The notes: a model not told the origin generated them from the sequence alone. Counted from the stretch's first letter, positions 1 through 8,543 are shown. The stretch: DNA of 64,000 nucleotides from a bacterium (GCA_037200965.1 JBBCGK010000001.1:256001-320000); one strand, 5' to 3'. Numbers and translations are program-made.

Positions 1-881
1 CCAGTGTTCATGACAAGGCCCGGAATCCCCCTGATCTCGGAAATGAGGTCCTGTTTCGCGCGCAGCGCCCGGCCGCCAAACGCTTCCCTTCCCTCTTTTG
101 CCTCCTCAAGCGCGGCGGCAAAACTTGCGGCAAGCGCCGGGCTTTCGGTCCCCGGCCGGAGCCCCCGCTCCTGCCCTCCGCCGCTCATGACCGCCGAGAG
201 CGGAAGCGTCCGGTGCGCGATAAGCGCGCCGATGCCGCGCATGCCGCCGACCTTCGACGCGTCAAGCGTCACGATATCCGCATTGAAGTGCGCACGGGAG
301 AATTTCTGCGTAAGCGGAGCCTGCGTCGCATCGACATGAAGCAGCGTACGGGTACCCTTGCACGCCTCGGCGACTTCCCGCGTATTCCAGACCGTTCCCG
401 TTTCGCCGCATACCGCGTCCATGGAAATAAGCGAGGCTTCTTGGGTAAGCATCGGTGCGAGCGCTTCGATCTCGATCCTGCCGTTCCTGACCGGAAGTTC
501 TTCGACACGAATCCATTCGTCCCGCAATATCTGCATGGTCCCGGCGATCGAGGCGTGGGACGACGGCAGGTACAGAAAACGGATACTTTCCGGCTTCCTT
601 CCGGAACGGATGAGCGAGCACGCATGCCCTACGATCGCAAGCGCGTTCGCCTCGGTCGCTCCGGAAGTGAATACCACGTCGTCCGCCTTCACTTCCATAA
701 GCCGGGCGATCTTCGTGCGAGCGGCTTCGAGTATGTCTTTCGCGGCCCGTCCTTCCGCGTGCGGCGAGGACGGATTGCCGTATGCCTTCCTGGCGCGCAT
801 ATACGCGCGCGCAGCCGCGTCCGAAACCGGCGCGGCTGCGGCCCAGTCGAGATACGCGCGCTTTTTGGAGAATAAGCCCAT
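1..881 (-). CDS. Cysteine desulfurase (NifS/IscS-like class V aminotransferase). The N-terminal 293 aa are present and the C-terminus runs off the window start. It is not in the ORF track.
   Basis: Manual translation of the minus strand from the ATG at 881 gives MGLFSKKRAYLDWAAAAPVSDAAARAYMRARKAYGNPSSPHAEGRAAKDILEAARTKIARLMEV...VVFTSGATEANALAIVG...LLHVDATQAPL...DIVTLDASKVGGMRGIGAL. The SSPH, SGATEAN and HVDA motifs and the PLP lysine context (SK) match the family. Confidence 0.7.
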   Translation of the reverse strand, partial: MGLFSKKRAYLDWAAAAPVSDAAARAYMRARKAYGNPSSPHAEGRAAKDILEAARTKIARLMEVKADDVVFTSGATEANALAIVGHACSLIRSGRKPESIRFLYLPSSHASIAGTMQILRDEWIRVEELPVRNGRIEIEALAPMLTQEASLISMDAVCGETGTVWNTREVAEACKGTRTLLHVDATQAPLTQKFSRAHFNADIVTLDASKVGGMRGIGALIAHRTLPLSAVMSGGGQERGLRPGTESPALAASFAAALEEAKEGREAFGGRALRAKQDLISEIRGIPGLVMNT

Positions 882-930
882 GCGTAGGTTGTAGCACGGA
901 GCTTCGCGCGATTGCAATCGGCCTCTTTTC

Positions 931-2424
931 GTGATGTACTCTAACCCTATGGCAAGCGCTCCCCGCCCCCCGATCGTCGCCGTAATGGGACATATCGACC
1001 ACGGCAAATCTTCCCTTCTGGACTACATCCGGAAATCGAATGTCGTTGCCGGCGAAGCGGGCGGCATTACCCAGCACGTCTCCGCGTACGAAGCGGTGCA
1101 TGAGCACGAGGGCAAACCCCGCGCGATCACCTTCCTCGATACGCCGGGACACGAGGCGTTCAAGGTGCTCCGCGCGCGCGGCGCGGCCGCGGCGGACGTC
1201 GCGATACTCGTCGTCGCCGCGGACGAAGGCGTGAAACCGCAGACGCTCGACGCGCTTGCGGCGATACGCGAGGCGCAGACGCCGTTCGTCGTGGCGTTCA
1301 CGAAAATAGACAAAAACGGCGCGAACGTGGAGACCGCGAAGCATTCGCTTCTCGAGCACGAGGTATATCTCGAGGGCTTCGGCGGCGAAGTGCCGTTCGC
1401 GGCGGTCTCCTCGAAAACCGGCGAGGGCGTGCCCGAACTCCTCGACCTCGTCCTTCTCACGGCCGATCTCGCGGGACTTTCCGCGGACGCTTTCCTTCCC
1501 GCAGAAGGTTTCGTACTCGAGTCTTCGCAAGACCCCAAGCGCGGCCTTTCCGCAACGCTCATCGTTAAGGACGGTACGCTCTCGACCGGACAGTTCGTCG
1601 TCGCGGGAACCGCCTTCGCTCCCGTCCGCTTCATCGAGAACTTCCTCGGGAAACGGATCGATACCGCGGGTCCCTCCCAGCCGATACGCGTTTCCGGATT
1701 CAATTCCCTTCCCCCGGCCGGAACGCCTTTCAAGAGCGTCCAGAGCAAGAAAGAAGCGGAACAGCTTGCCGCGAAAGGCGTCACGCCCGCCAAGGCACAG
1801 CTCGCGCGCACCGGCGCGAACTCCGCGGAACTCCCGCTTATCATCAAAGCCGACGTAACAGGCAGTATCGAGGCGATCAGGCACGAGCTTTCGAAAGTAA
1901 CGCATGAGCGGGCGAATATCGTGCTCCTCTTCGCGGATGTCGGGGCCGTCGGCGAAAGCGACGTGAAGAGCGCGATAGCTTCGAAAGGAACCGTCATCGC
2001 GTTCAACGTTCCGGTCGACGCGGGGGCGCGGGAACTCGCCCTTCGCACGGGCATAGCGATAGAGAGTTTTTCCATAATCTACGATCTTGGCATGCGCATC
2101 CAGGACCTTCTTACGACCCGCGCGCCGCGCGTGACGAAGGAAGAGGAGCGCGGCACGGCGAAAGTGCTCCGCACGTTCAGCTCTTCCTCGCACAAGCAGG
2201 TGCTTGGGGTGAAGCTCGAGAGCGGCGCCTTCGCGGTTGGCGGGCTTGTTAAAATGCTCCGCCGGGATATCGAGCTCGGGCGCGGAAAGATATCGAACCT
2301 CCAGCAGGCCAGGGCCGATGTGAAGGAAATCCGCACGGAGGGAGATTTCGGCATCGAGATCGATTCGAAGACGGAAGCGGCGCCGGGCGACACCATCGTC
2401 ACGTACGAGATGGTCGAATCATAG
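931..2424 (+). CDS. infB: Translation initiation factor IF-2, short form lacking the N-terminal domains
   Basis: G1 motif AVMGHIDHGKSSLLD, G3 motif DTPGH, G4 motif TKIDK, and the C-terminal IF2 domains. It is divergent from the upstream desulfurase gene. Confidence 0.9.
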   Translation: MMYSNPMASAPRPPIVAVMGHIDHGKSSLLDYIRKSNVVAGEAGGITQHVSAYEAVHEHEGKPRAITFLDTPGHEAFKVLRARGAAAADVAILVVAADEGVKPQTLDALAAIREAQTPFVVAFTKIDKNGANVETAKHSLLEHEVYLEGFGGEVPFAAVSSKTGEGVPELLDLVLLTADLAGLSADAFLPAEGFVLESSQDPKRGLSATLIVKDGTLSTGQFVVAGTAFAPVRFIENFLGKRIDTAGPSQPIRVSGFNSLPPAGTPFKSVQSKKEAEQLAAKGVTPAKAQLARTGANSAELPLIIKADVTGSIEAIRHELSKVTHERANIVLLFADVGAVGESDVKSAIASKGTVIAFNVPVDAGARELALRTGIAIESFSIIYDLGMRIQDLLTTRAPRVTKEEERGTAKVLRTFSSSSHKQVLGVKLESGAFAVGGLVKMLRRDIELGRGKISNLQQARADVKEIRTEGDFGIEIDSKTEAAPGDTIVTYEMVES

Positions 2425-2426
2425 CC

Positions 2427-2750
2427 ATGAGCTTCAAAGTCGACCGCACTGCTTCCGAACTCACGCACCTCGCGGGCGCCTTCATCGCGGAAAACGCGAA
2501 CCGCGACACGCTCATCACGCCCACGCGCGCCGAATTGGGCTCCGACCTTAAGAACGCGACGGTGCTCGTGACCGTCTATCCCTACGAAAAGACTCCGCAA
2601 GCGCTCGCATTCCTTAACCGCAATCTCCGGGAATTCCGCCAGTTTCTCAAGGACAAGGGACATCTGACCGTTCTGCCGAACGTTTCCTTCGTAGAGGACG
2701 AAGGCGAGAAGAACCGCCAGCGCTTGGACGAGCTTTTCCGCGGCACCTAG
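2427..2750 (+). CDS. rbfA: Ribosome-binding factor A
   Basis: A 107-aa protein immediately after infB, the canonical infB-rbfA linkage. The size and conserved character fit RbfA. Confidence 0.75.
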   Translation: MSFKVDRTASELTHLAGAFIAENANRDTLITPTRAELGSDLKNATVLVTVYPYEKTPQALAFLNRNLREFRQFLKDKGHLTVLPNVSFVEDEGEKNRQRLDELFRGT

Positions 2751-2784
2751 CTCAAGGCGCGCGGGCGCGCTAGTATGCAGAAAC

Positions 2785-2856
2785 GGCCCGGTGGTGAAGG
2801 GGTAACACGACGATCTGCAAAATCGTTATGCGCGGGTTCGAGTCCCGCCCGGGCCT
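2785..2856 (+). tRNA. tRNA-Cys (anticodon GCA)
   Basis: Cloverleaf folded by hand. Acceptor ggcccgg/ccgggcc, anticodon stem acgat/atcgt with loop ctGCAaa, T-arm cgcgggttcgagtcccgcg. No encoded CCA. Confidence 0.8.
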
Positions 2857-2869
2857 CAAGTCGTATCAT

Positions 2870-2958
2870 GCCGAGGTGGCGGAATGGTAGACGCACTTCG
2901 CTTAAAACGAAGAGAGGACCTAAAAACCCTCATGTGAGTTCGAGTCTCACCCTCGGCA
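2870..2958 (+). tRNA. tRNA-Leu (anticodon TAA), class II with a long variable arm
   Basis: Acceptor gccgagg/cctcggc, anticodon stem cttcg/cgaag with loop ctTAAaa, long variable arm, T-arm gtgagttcgagtctcac. Confidence 0.8.
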
Positions 2959-3002
2959 CAGAAATCAGAAACTCCCGCATGCGCGGGAGTTTCTGATTTC
3001 TG
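2959..3002. terminator. Perfect 20-bp-stem palindromic hairpin (loop atgc) filling the space between the convergent tRNA-Leu and tRNA-Lys. Likely a bidirectional terminator or processing element.
   Basis: The sequence cagaaatcagaaactcccgc-atgc-gcgggagtttctgatttctg is an exact reverse complement. It abuts both tRNA 3' ends. There is no U-tract. Confidence 0.6.
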
Positions 3003-3075
3003 TGCGCCTACCTGGGCTCGAACCAGGGACCGTCTCCTTAAGAGGGAGCTGCTCTACCAGCTGAGCTATAGGCGC
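3003..3075 (-). tRNA. tRNA-Lys (anticodon CTT)
   Basis: The reverse complement gives gcgccta..tagctcagctggtagagc..ctCTTaa..T-arm cctggttcgagcccagg..taggcgc+a. Confidence 0.75.
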
Positions 3076-3141
3076 GTCACCGAATCGTAGCAAACGGCGA
3101 TCGTTTTTCAAAGCGAAGTACGGTAGCATCAGCTGGTGCGC

Positions 3142-3223
3142 GCCGGGGTGGTGAAACTGGTAGACACACTAGCCTTAGGAGCTAGCCCTTCACAGGATGG
3201 AGGTTCGAGTCCTCTCCCCGGCA
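3142..3223 (+). tRNA. tRNA-Leu (anticodon TAG), class II
   Basis: Acceptor gccgggg/ccccggc, anticodon stem ctagc/gctag with loop ctTAGga, long variable arm, T-loop ttcgagt. Confidence 0.8.
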
Positions 3224-3308
3224 CAACAGCTCGTCCCGCGGCCGTTTTCACGGCATCTTGACTTTTCCTACGATTCCTGTATATTGGTACGCAGTACCAA
3301 ATTGAACC

Positions 3309-4337
3309 TTGTCAGGAAAGGGCAAACTGATGAAACATGACATCAGCTCTAGCGACAGCATTAGAACTGGACTGTGGGTATCACTTCTTGCGGGACTTGT
3401 TGCCGCACTGATCGTCTACTGGGCACTTGATGATTTTGGCCCCTATATCGCAGGTGCAGGAGCTTGTGCAGCCCTCGGCATGGTAGCTGGAACGCTCAAT
3501 AAGTCGGGCTATCTCGGCTATACCCCTCCCGGGGAAGTCGGCGCAGACACGATAAACGGTGAACTGACCGGCAGGATTCGCGGGCCAGGTTATCCGTGGG
3601 CAATTCCCGGTCTTGGCGGCCAAATCCCCCTGAACGTTCAGGAGCGTAAGATTTCACCGCGTATCTTTACCGAACTCGTCGGAAAAGTACCGGTAGAAGT
3701 TGAGCTTTTGAGTACAGGCCGGATCGTCGATGCACGGAAGCACTTCCAGGCGCAACAATCTGAAGATATCCTGCTGCCCGAGTTCATCGAAACGCAGGCG
3801 CGAGCCTTCATGGGCCCGTGGAAAGACGCCGGTGGCGTAATCCTGCAGAAGGATCTGGTTGCCGAATATCTCGGGCTCCCGGCAAAGGCAGATGATCGCG
3901 GCGAACATTCGAAGCTCGAGGCAAAACTCCTCGAGTGCACTGTCGTTACCGAAGAGGACGACACGCCCGATTTGCCAAAAAGCGCCGTCAGGACGCTTAT
4001 GGCGAACGCGGGCAAAGTGCGCGAACAAGCCGCGAAATGGGGCCTCGAAATCGGCGTGATGCAAACCAGGCATTTCGACCTTCCGCAAAGCCTGAAAGAC
4101 ATCGGCGCGCTCGCGCTTATCAACATCAAGCGCGGGGAGATGATCGAGGAACTCAAGAAGCACAAGGGTATCCCCGAGCAAGATATTCTCAACTCCGTCG
4201 ACATGCTGATGAAGCTGCCGATCACAAAATCGGTCTCGGACATCCAGATCCGCGATCTCGACGCAGTGGCGGCGCACTTCGGCAAAGCAATCGCCGAATT
4301 GCTCTTCCGCTACATCAAAAACACAGGAGGCAAATAA
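3309..4337 (+). CDS. SPFH/band-7 (stomatin/flotillin-like) membrane protein
   Basis: N-terminal TM helix, then G..R.PG....PG.G..IPLNVQER...VEV..STGRIVDA..HFQ and a later ..WGLEIGVMQTRHFDLP segment matching the SPFH beta-sheet and helix pattern. Confidence 0.55.
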   Translation: MSGKGKLMKHDISSSDSIRTGLWVSLLAGLVAALIVYWALDDFGPYIAGAGACAALGMVAGTLNKSGYLGYTPPGEVGADTINGELTGRIRGPGYPWAIPGLGGQIPLNVQERKISPRIFTELVGKVPVEVELLSTGRIVDARKHFQAQQSEDILLPEFIETQARAFMGPWKDAGGVILQKDLVAEYLGLPAKADDRGEHSKLEAKLLECTVVTEEDDTPDLPKSAVRTLMANAGKVREQAAKWGLEIGVMQTRHFDLPQSLKDIGALALINIKRGEMIEELKKHKGIPEQDILNSVDMLMKLPITKSVSDIQIRDLDAVAAHFGKAIAELLFRYIKNTGGK

Positions 4338-4819
4338 TGGCTACAGCCACCACAGCAACGACAACATCCGGAACTCAAGCGAGCGATGGACAAAATCGCG
4401 GACTCCCACCCAAAGAACTCTGGCCGCGCGTTCTGAAGTGGGGCGGCCTCGGAATCGCAGCGATCATACTGATCGCTGGAGCTAAAAGTCTTTATGCTGA
4501 TCATAAGACTCAGGAACAATCACGCCAAGCCGAAGCCGCCGTCCTTGTCTGCCCGCCCGCAAACGCAAGTTTGCAGCAATGCAGGATGCTCGTCGGAACG
4601 GTGAATAAGATCGACACGAGCGCATGCTCCACGGTCGAATTCCGGCCGATACCGAAGCCGGAATACGCCAAGGCGGAGTATCTTCCCGCCGGTCTCCGTG
4701 ACGTCCGGCAAAACTATCAGCGCTGGACGGGAACGGAAGATCTCCCGGCTCATATCGACGCCTGGCGGATCGAGCCCACTGCGGGCGAAATCCCCCAAGG
4801 CTACCAGTGCCTCAACTAG
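4337..4819 (+). CDS. Membrane-anchored hypothetical protein: poly-Thr/Ala N-terminus, one TM helix, Cys-containing ectodomain. Translationally coupled (TAATG) to the SPFH gene.
   Basis: The ATG overlaps the SPFH stop by 1 nt, with aggagg 8 nt upstream. A TM segment WGGLGIAAIILIAGA is present. A terminator hairpin follows at 4842-4885. Confidence 0.5.
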   Translation: MATATTATTTSGTQASDGQNRGLPPKELWPRVLKWGGLGIAAIILIAGAKSLYADHKTQEQSRQAEAAVLVCPPANASLQQCRMLVGTVNKIDTSACSTVEFRPIPKPEYAKAEYLPAGLRDVRQNYQRWTGTEDLPAHIDAWRIEPTAGEIPQGYQCLN

Positions 4820-4901
4820 CAGCACGTACCGCTGTCAACTTATACAACCCCCTCTCCTTTGCAGGAGCCCGGGGGTTGTTTCTTAATCCGCATCCCGCCC
4901 G

Positions 4902-5177
4902 CTAGGATGTAAACTTCGGTACCGACGGAATGCCGAACGTGCCCGTAATGACGCCCAATATGCCAAACACGCCGAAAATGATGACGAGGCCGACCAAGCC
5001 CCAGAGAATGGAACTCCTTCCCTCTTCCCGCGCGGTCTCGTCCCCGGCATTCGCAACGAACTTGAAGACGCCCCAGAGGAAGATGAGAAATGCCGCCGCA
5101 GCGATAAGCATGAGGAGCGGATTCACGATCTGCACCACGACGGTCTTGAGGAAATTATTCAATACGTCCATAGGCAT
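4902..5177 (-). CDS. Small two-TM protein with VirB2/TrbC-like topology (T4SS-pilin-like), paralog 1; no signal peptide
   Basis: Helix-loop-helix core FLIFLWGVFKFVANAGDETAREEGRSSILWGLVGLVIIFGV, shared with the five upstream paralogs. Confidence 0.55.
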   Translation of the reverse strand: MPMDVLNNFLKTVVVQIVNPLLMLIAAAAFLIFLWGVFKFVANAGDETAREEGRSSILWGLVGLVIIFGVFGILGVITGTFGIPSVPKFTS

Positions 5178-5236
5178 AAGAATAACACAAAGCCCCGGCC
5201 AGCGGCCGGGGCTTTGTGTTAAAACGCCGGGAGAAA

Positions 5237-5590
5237 CTAGAAGTCTGCCTGCGGAAGCGGAGGCGTCGCGTTATTGGTCGAGAAGGTACCTACGAGGATA
5301 TTCACGAGGCCCCAGATCGAGACCATAACGAAGAAGCCGATAAGGCCGTAGAGCATGAGTTTCTTGCCCTTTTCCTTCGCGTCTTCGTCGTTCGCCCCGA
5401 TGATGAAGACCTGGAAAGCGCCCCAGATGAAGACGATGAAGGCGACGGCAAAGAGCACCGGCACCAGGACGTTATTGATGATATTGATGACCGTGGTACC
5501 CACATCGGATACGCTTGAGATAGTGGCGGCACCGGCAAGGAGCGGCGTCAAAAGTGCGATTGCGGCAAACGGCGCGAGGTATTTCTTCAT
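5237..5590 (-). CDS. VirB2/TrbC-like pilin-like protein, paralog 2, with signal peptide
   Basis: Signal peptide MKKYLAPFAAIALLTPLLAGAA, then the two-hydrophobic-helix core VLFAVAFIVFIWGAFQVFIIGANDEDAKEKGKKLMLYGLIGFFVMVSIWGLVNIL. Confidence 0.6.
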   Translation of the reverse strand: MKKYLAPFAAIALLTPLLAGAATISSVSDVGTTVINIINNVLVPVLFAVAFIVFIWGAFQVFIIGANDEDAKEKGKKLMLYGLIGFFVMVSIWGLVNILVGTFSTNNATPPLPQADF

Positions 5591-5699
5591 AATGGTGATA
5601 TTCGTATAATGGCTCCCCGGCGTTGAGCGGAGTTCCCCTTATTCTAGCTTGCCTTCGCCCCAGGGCAAGCCGCGTCCCTGATTCGTGTGGATAAGAACC

Positions 5700-6122
5700 T
5701 TAAAGGGTCGGGTAGTCGGGCCGCGCGTATCCTCCAAGGCCGAGCGTATTGGAGAGGATATTGACCAGGCCCCACAGCGAGAACATCACCACGAAACCGA
5801 TCAGCCCCCAGAGGATGAACTGCCTTCCTTCCTTGCGCTTGTCCTCGTCCGCACCGCCCACGATGAAGTAGTTGAAGACGCCCCAGAGGAATACAAGGAA
5901 GGCGATGGTAAACAGGATGGGTACGAGAATATTGTTGATGACCACGAGCACAAGATCGCCGTAGTGGCCGAAGGCGCCCGCATTAACAACCGACACCGTC
6001 GGCCCCGGGCTTATCTGCGGAGTCCCGTCTCCCGTGACAGGATCGATCGCCGCAGCCGCATAGGAACAAAGCGGCGCCCCAAGAACCAGAAGCGCGATCA
6101 GGAAAGGAAGATATCGTTTCAT
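5700..6122 (-). CDS. VirB2/TrbC-like pilin-like protein, paralog 3, with signal peptide and a variable Gly/Pro/Thr-rich segment
   Basis: Signal peptide MKRYLPFLIALLVLGAPLCSYAAA; core FLVFLWGVFNYFIVGGADEDKRKEGRQFILWGLIGFVVMFSLWGLVNIL. Confidence 0.6.
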   Translation of the reverse strand: MKRYLPFLIALLVLGAPLCSYAAAAIDPVTGDGTPQISPGPTVSVVNAGAFGHYGDLVLVVINNILVPILFTIAFLVFLWGVFNYFIVGGADEDKRKEGRQFILWGLIGFVVMFSLWGLVNILSNTLGLGGYARPDYPTL

Positions 6123-6128
6123 ACGGGA

Positions 6129-6446
6129 TTAATAAGAAGTCGGATAAGCCGGATGGCGGTACCCGCCAAGATCGAACGTGTTAACGAGTATGTTGACCAG
6201 CCCCCATACCGAAAGCATGACGAAGAATCCGACGAGGCCGTACAGGATATACGTGCGGCCCGTCTCGCGTTTCGTTTCGTCGTCCGCGCCCAGTATGAAG
6301 TATTGGAAGACGCCCCAGATGAAGACGATGAAGGCGACGGCGAAAACGAGGGGAACGGCGACATTGTTGATGAGGCCGAGAATAGTACCGGCGATGCCCT
6401 GGAGGTTGCCGCAGTTTCCTACGCACAGCGAGAATGAGAATCCCAT
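6129..6446 (-). CDS. VirB2/TrbC-like pilin-like protein, paralog 4
   Basis: Core FAVAFIVFIWGVFQYFILGADDETKRETGRTYILYGLVGFFVMLSVWGLVNIL. Lies 6 nt downstream of paralog 3. Confidence 0.55.
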   Translation of the reverse strand: MGFSFSLCVGNCGNLQGIAGTILGLINNVAVPLVFAVAFIVFIWGVFQYFILGADDETKRETGRTYILYGLVGFFVMLSVWGLVNILVNTFDLGGYRHPAYPTSY

Positions 6447-6457
6447 ATGGTTTAGTA

Positions 6458-6703
6458 TTATAGCGCGATTATGCTAAGGCCGATGCGTATCAATCCCCAG
6501 ACCCCGAACATGACCACAAGCCCGATCAGCCCCCAGAGGATGAACTGCCTTCCTTCCTTGCGCTTGTCCTCGTCCGCGCCGCCCACGATGAAGTAGTTGA
6601 AGACGCCCCAGAGGAATGCGAATCCCGCAAGCGCAAAGACGACAGGAATGACAATCCCGCCTATGATGGCTACGATCGAATTGACGAGTTCGGCAAAGGT
6701 CAT
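6458..6703 (-). CDS. VirB2/TrbC-like pilin-like protein, paralog 5. Start chosen at the internal Met (MTFAELVNS...) because the N-terminal extension shown in the ORF track overlaps the upstream gene.
   Basis: Core FAFLWGVFNYFIVGGADEDKRKEGRQFILWGLIGLVVMFGVWGLI is nearly identical to paralog 3. The ATG lies 1 nt after the stop of the upstream gene. Confidence 0.5.
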   Translation of the reverse strand: MTFAELVNSIVAIIGGIVIPVVFALAGFAFLWGVFNYFIVGGADEDKRKEGRQFILWGLIGLVVMFGVWGLIRIGLSIIAL

Positions 6704-6704
6704 A

Positions 6705-7247
6705 TCAGGTGCCAAGCGCCTGTACCGTCGCCTGGATTCCGAGCGAGATCGCCTTGGCGCCAAGGAGAATGAGCGCTCCGACGACCGTCCACAGGAGCGC
6801 CTCGCGCGCCTCCTTTATTTTTTCTTCCGCTCCCTGCGCGGTCACGAATTTGAAACCTACGTAGACGAGCATCAAGACGATGACGATGCCGCCGATCTGT
6901 ATCACGAGGTCGAGGACGGCATTGAGGAAATCCGGAATCGTCGAAAAGCCGAGAGGATTCGTAAGGCCGCTTCCGCCTCCCCCGCCGCCTGGAACCGTTC
7001 CCGCCGGACGGCATACTCCCGCCACGCAGGTATCAGTGCCGGTGCAGGCAGGCTTGCAGGCTGAACCGCCGGGAACGGTACCGGCCGCTTGGCATTTGCC
7101 GTTGACGCATGTATCGGTACCGGTGCAAGCAGGAAGGCAGGCGGAGTCGGCGGCCTGCGCAGGAGCAGGTACGAGGATAAACACCATGAGAAACGCGACC
7201 GTGGCCGGAACAATAAAATACTTGCCTGTAGCGTTCATGATTTTCAT
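6705..7247 (-). CDS. Pilin-like paralog 6: signal peptide, two tandem Cys-rich repeats (ACxPACTGTDTCVxGxCxxAGTVPGG), a Gly-rich linker, then the VirB2-like two-TM C-terminal core
   Basis: Start at MKIMNATGKYF (ATGA overlap with the stop of the SBP gene). Repeats ADSACLPACTGTDTCVNGKCQAAGTVPGG and SACKPACTGTDTCVAGVCRPAGTVPGG. C-terminal FKFVTAQGAEEKIKEAREALLWTVVGALILLGA. Confidence 0.55.
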   Translation of the reverse strand: MKIMNATGKYFIVPATVAFLMVFILVPAPAQAADSACLPACTGTDTCVNGKCQAAGTVPGGSACKPACTGTDTCVAGVCRPAGTVPGGGGGGSGLTNPLGFSTIPDFLNAVLDLVIQIGGIVIVLMLVYVGFKFVTAQGAEEKIKEAREALLWTVVGALILLGAKAISLGIQATVQALGT

Positions 7248-8542
7248 TGTATCGCCTGAGTCAGCGCGCGCTCGGCGGAAACAAGGGCTTCGCTTAGGGA
7301 TACGCGTCCGGTAATCACGTCCATAATCATAGCGCCGAATATGCGGTCCGTATCCTCGGGCGCTGGGGACAGCCATCCCCGGCTTATAAGCGCTTCGCGA
7401 TAAAAGACCGAAGCGAAAGGATCGGCGGGCTCGGTTCCAAGAAGCGACAGGCGTGCGGGCGCAAGCCCCGTGGCGCCCGCAAGCGCGGTCATAACCGCGG
7501 GATCCGCGAGCGCGACGGCGGCGCTATAGGCACCGGCGGGGTTCGGACTCCCTTTGGGGATAGCGAACGCGTAGAGGTCGCCGAACGTAATCCGGTTCAC
7601 GGCATTCCCCGTCTGCGGCAAGGCCGCGACATCGAAATCGAGATTGGGATTCGCCGCACGCAGGAACGGCGCATCGGACGCGAAGCCGATATACAGCGCG
7701 AGATCGCCGGAGACGAACGCCTGCCTTGAATCCGGGAGCGACCCGTTCCAGGTATAGGAAACTTTCGAAGGATCGGCGAACTGGGTGTAGTAGCGCACCA
7801 CGGCCTCCCCGGGAGAGACGCCGCCAAAGCTTTGCGTCTCGGCGCCAAGCGATGCCTTGAGGCCGAGTGTCGTGCGGGCCGAGAGCGGTACTCCGCTTTG
7901 GAGAAAGAGCGCGGAAAGAATAGCGCCCGCGTGGTCGACGTTGGCATAGGTTCCAAGACCGATGAGCCCGCGCTCGATGTTCCTCCCTCCGTCAAGCTGC
8001 GCCGTACGCGGCACGAGTCCGACAAGGGCCTCCCATGCCGACGGAGGAGCTACGATACCGGCGGACGAGAGAGTCGCGCGGTTGTAGTAGAGGACGAGCG
8101 GATCGACCGCGAGCGGAATGCCGTAGACCCCGTCGGACGCAAGGAAAAGCTGCCCTTCCTGCACGAACGCGTCGGTAAAGGCGCGCGCCGAAATCGAGCT
8201 GTACGGGATCGGTATAAGCTTGTCCTCAAGCGAGACGAGATGCTCCTGGCTTATGAGCACCAGGTCGGGGCCCGTACCCGACGCCAGAGCGTCGACGAGT
8301 TCCCGTTCGAAGGTCGCGGGCTGCTTGCCGACATACCGTATGCCCTTAAGCTCGGTATTCTGGCCCGTAATGTTCGCAAGAGCCGGGGCGATCTCGTCCT
8401 GAGGGAGCGTGCCCCATATCGTCACCGTCCCGATGGAGCCGGTGCCGGAGGAGCCGGTGAAGGTCGCGAAGACGAAGATGCCGATTAGCGCGAGGAGGAC
8501 AAACGCGCCGATGATTCCCGCCTGGAAAAATGAGATCTTCAT
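7244..8542 (-). CDS. Extracellular solute-binding protein (family-1 SBP-like; ABC-type sugar-binding fold) with an N-terminal membrane anchor
   Basis: Start taken at MKISFFQAGIIGAFVLLALIGIF. Motifs LISQEHLVSLEDKLIPIP and GVYGIPLAVDPLVLYYNR are typical of SBP_bac_1. Confidence 0.6.
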   Translation of the reverse strand: MKISFFQAGIIGAFVLLALIGIFVFATFTGSSGTGSIGTVTIWGTLPQDEIAPALANITGQNTELKGIRYVGKQPATFERELVDALASGTGPDLVLISQEHLVSLEDKLIPIPYSSISARAFTDAFVQEGQLFLASDGVYGIPLAVDPLVLYYNRATLSSAGIVAPPSAWEALVGLVPRTAQLDGGRNIERGLIGLGTYANVDHAGAILSALFLQSGVPLSARTTLGLKASLGAETQSFGGVSPGEAVVRYYTQFADPSKVSYTWNGSLPDSRQAFVSGDLALYIGFASDAPFLRAANPNLDFDVAALPQTGNAVNRITFGDLYAFAIPKGSPNPAGAYSAAVALADPAVMTALAGATGLAPARLSLLGTEPADPFASVFYREALISRGWLSPAPEDTDRIFGAMIMDVITGRVSLSEALVSAERALTQAIQ

Positions 8543-8543
8543 G

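Noticed and set aside
262-2193. 643-aa minus-strand ORF
   Set aside because: It runs antisense to the well-supported infB gene. The product is Arg/Gly/Asp-rich and low-complexity, which is typical of a high-GC antisense artefact. The real minus-strand gene here is the partial cysteine desulfurase in another frame (1-881).
5685-6437. 250-aa plus-strand ORF across the pilin-like array
   Set aside because: Antisense to three pilin-like genes, which have signal peptides and conserved paralogous cores.
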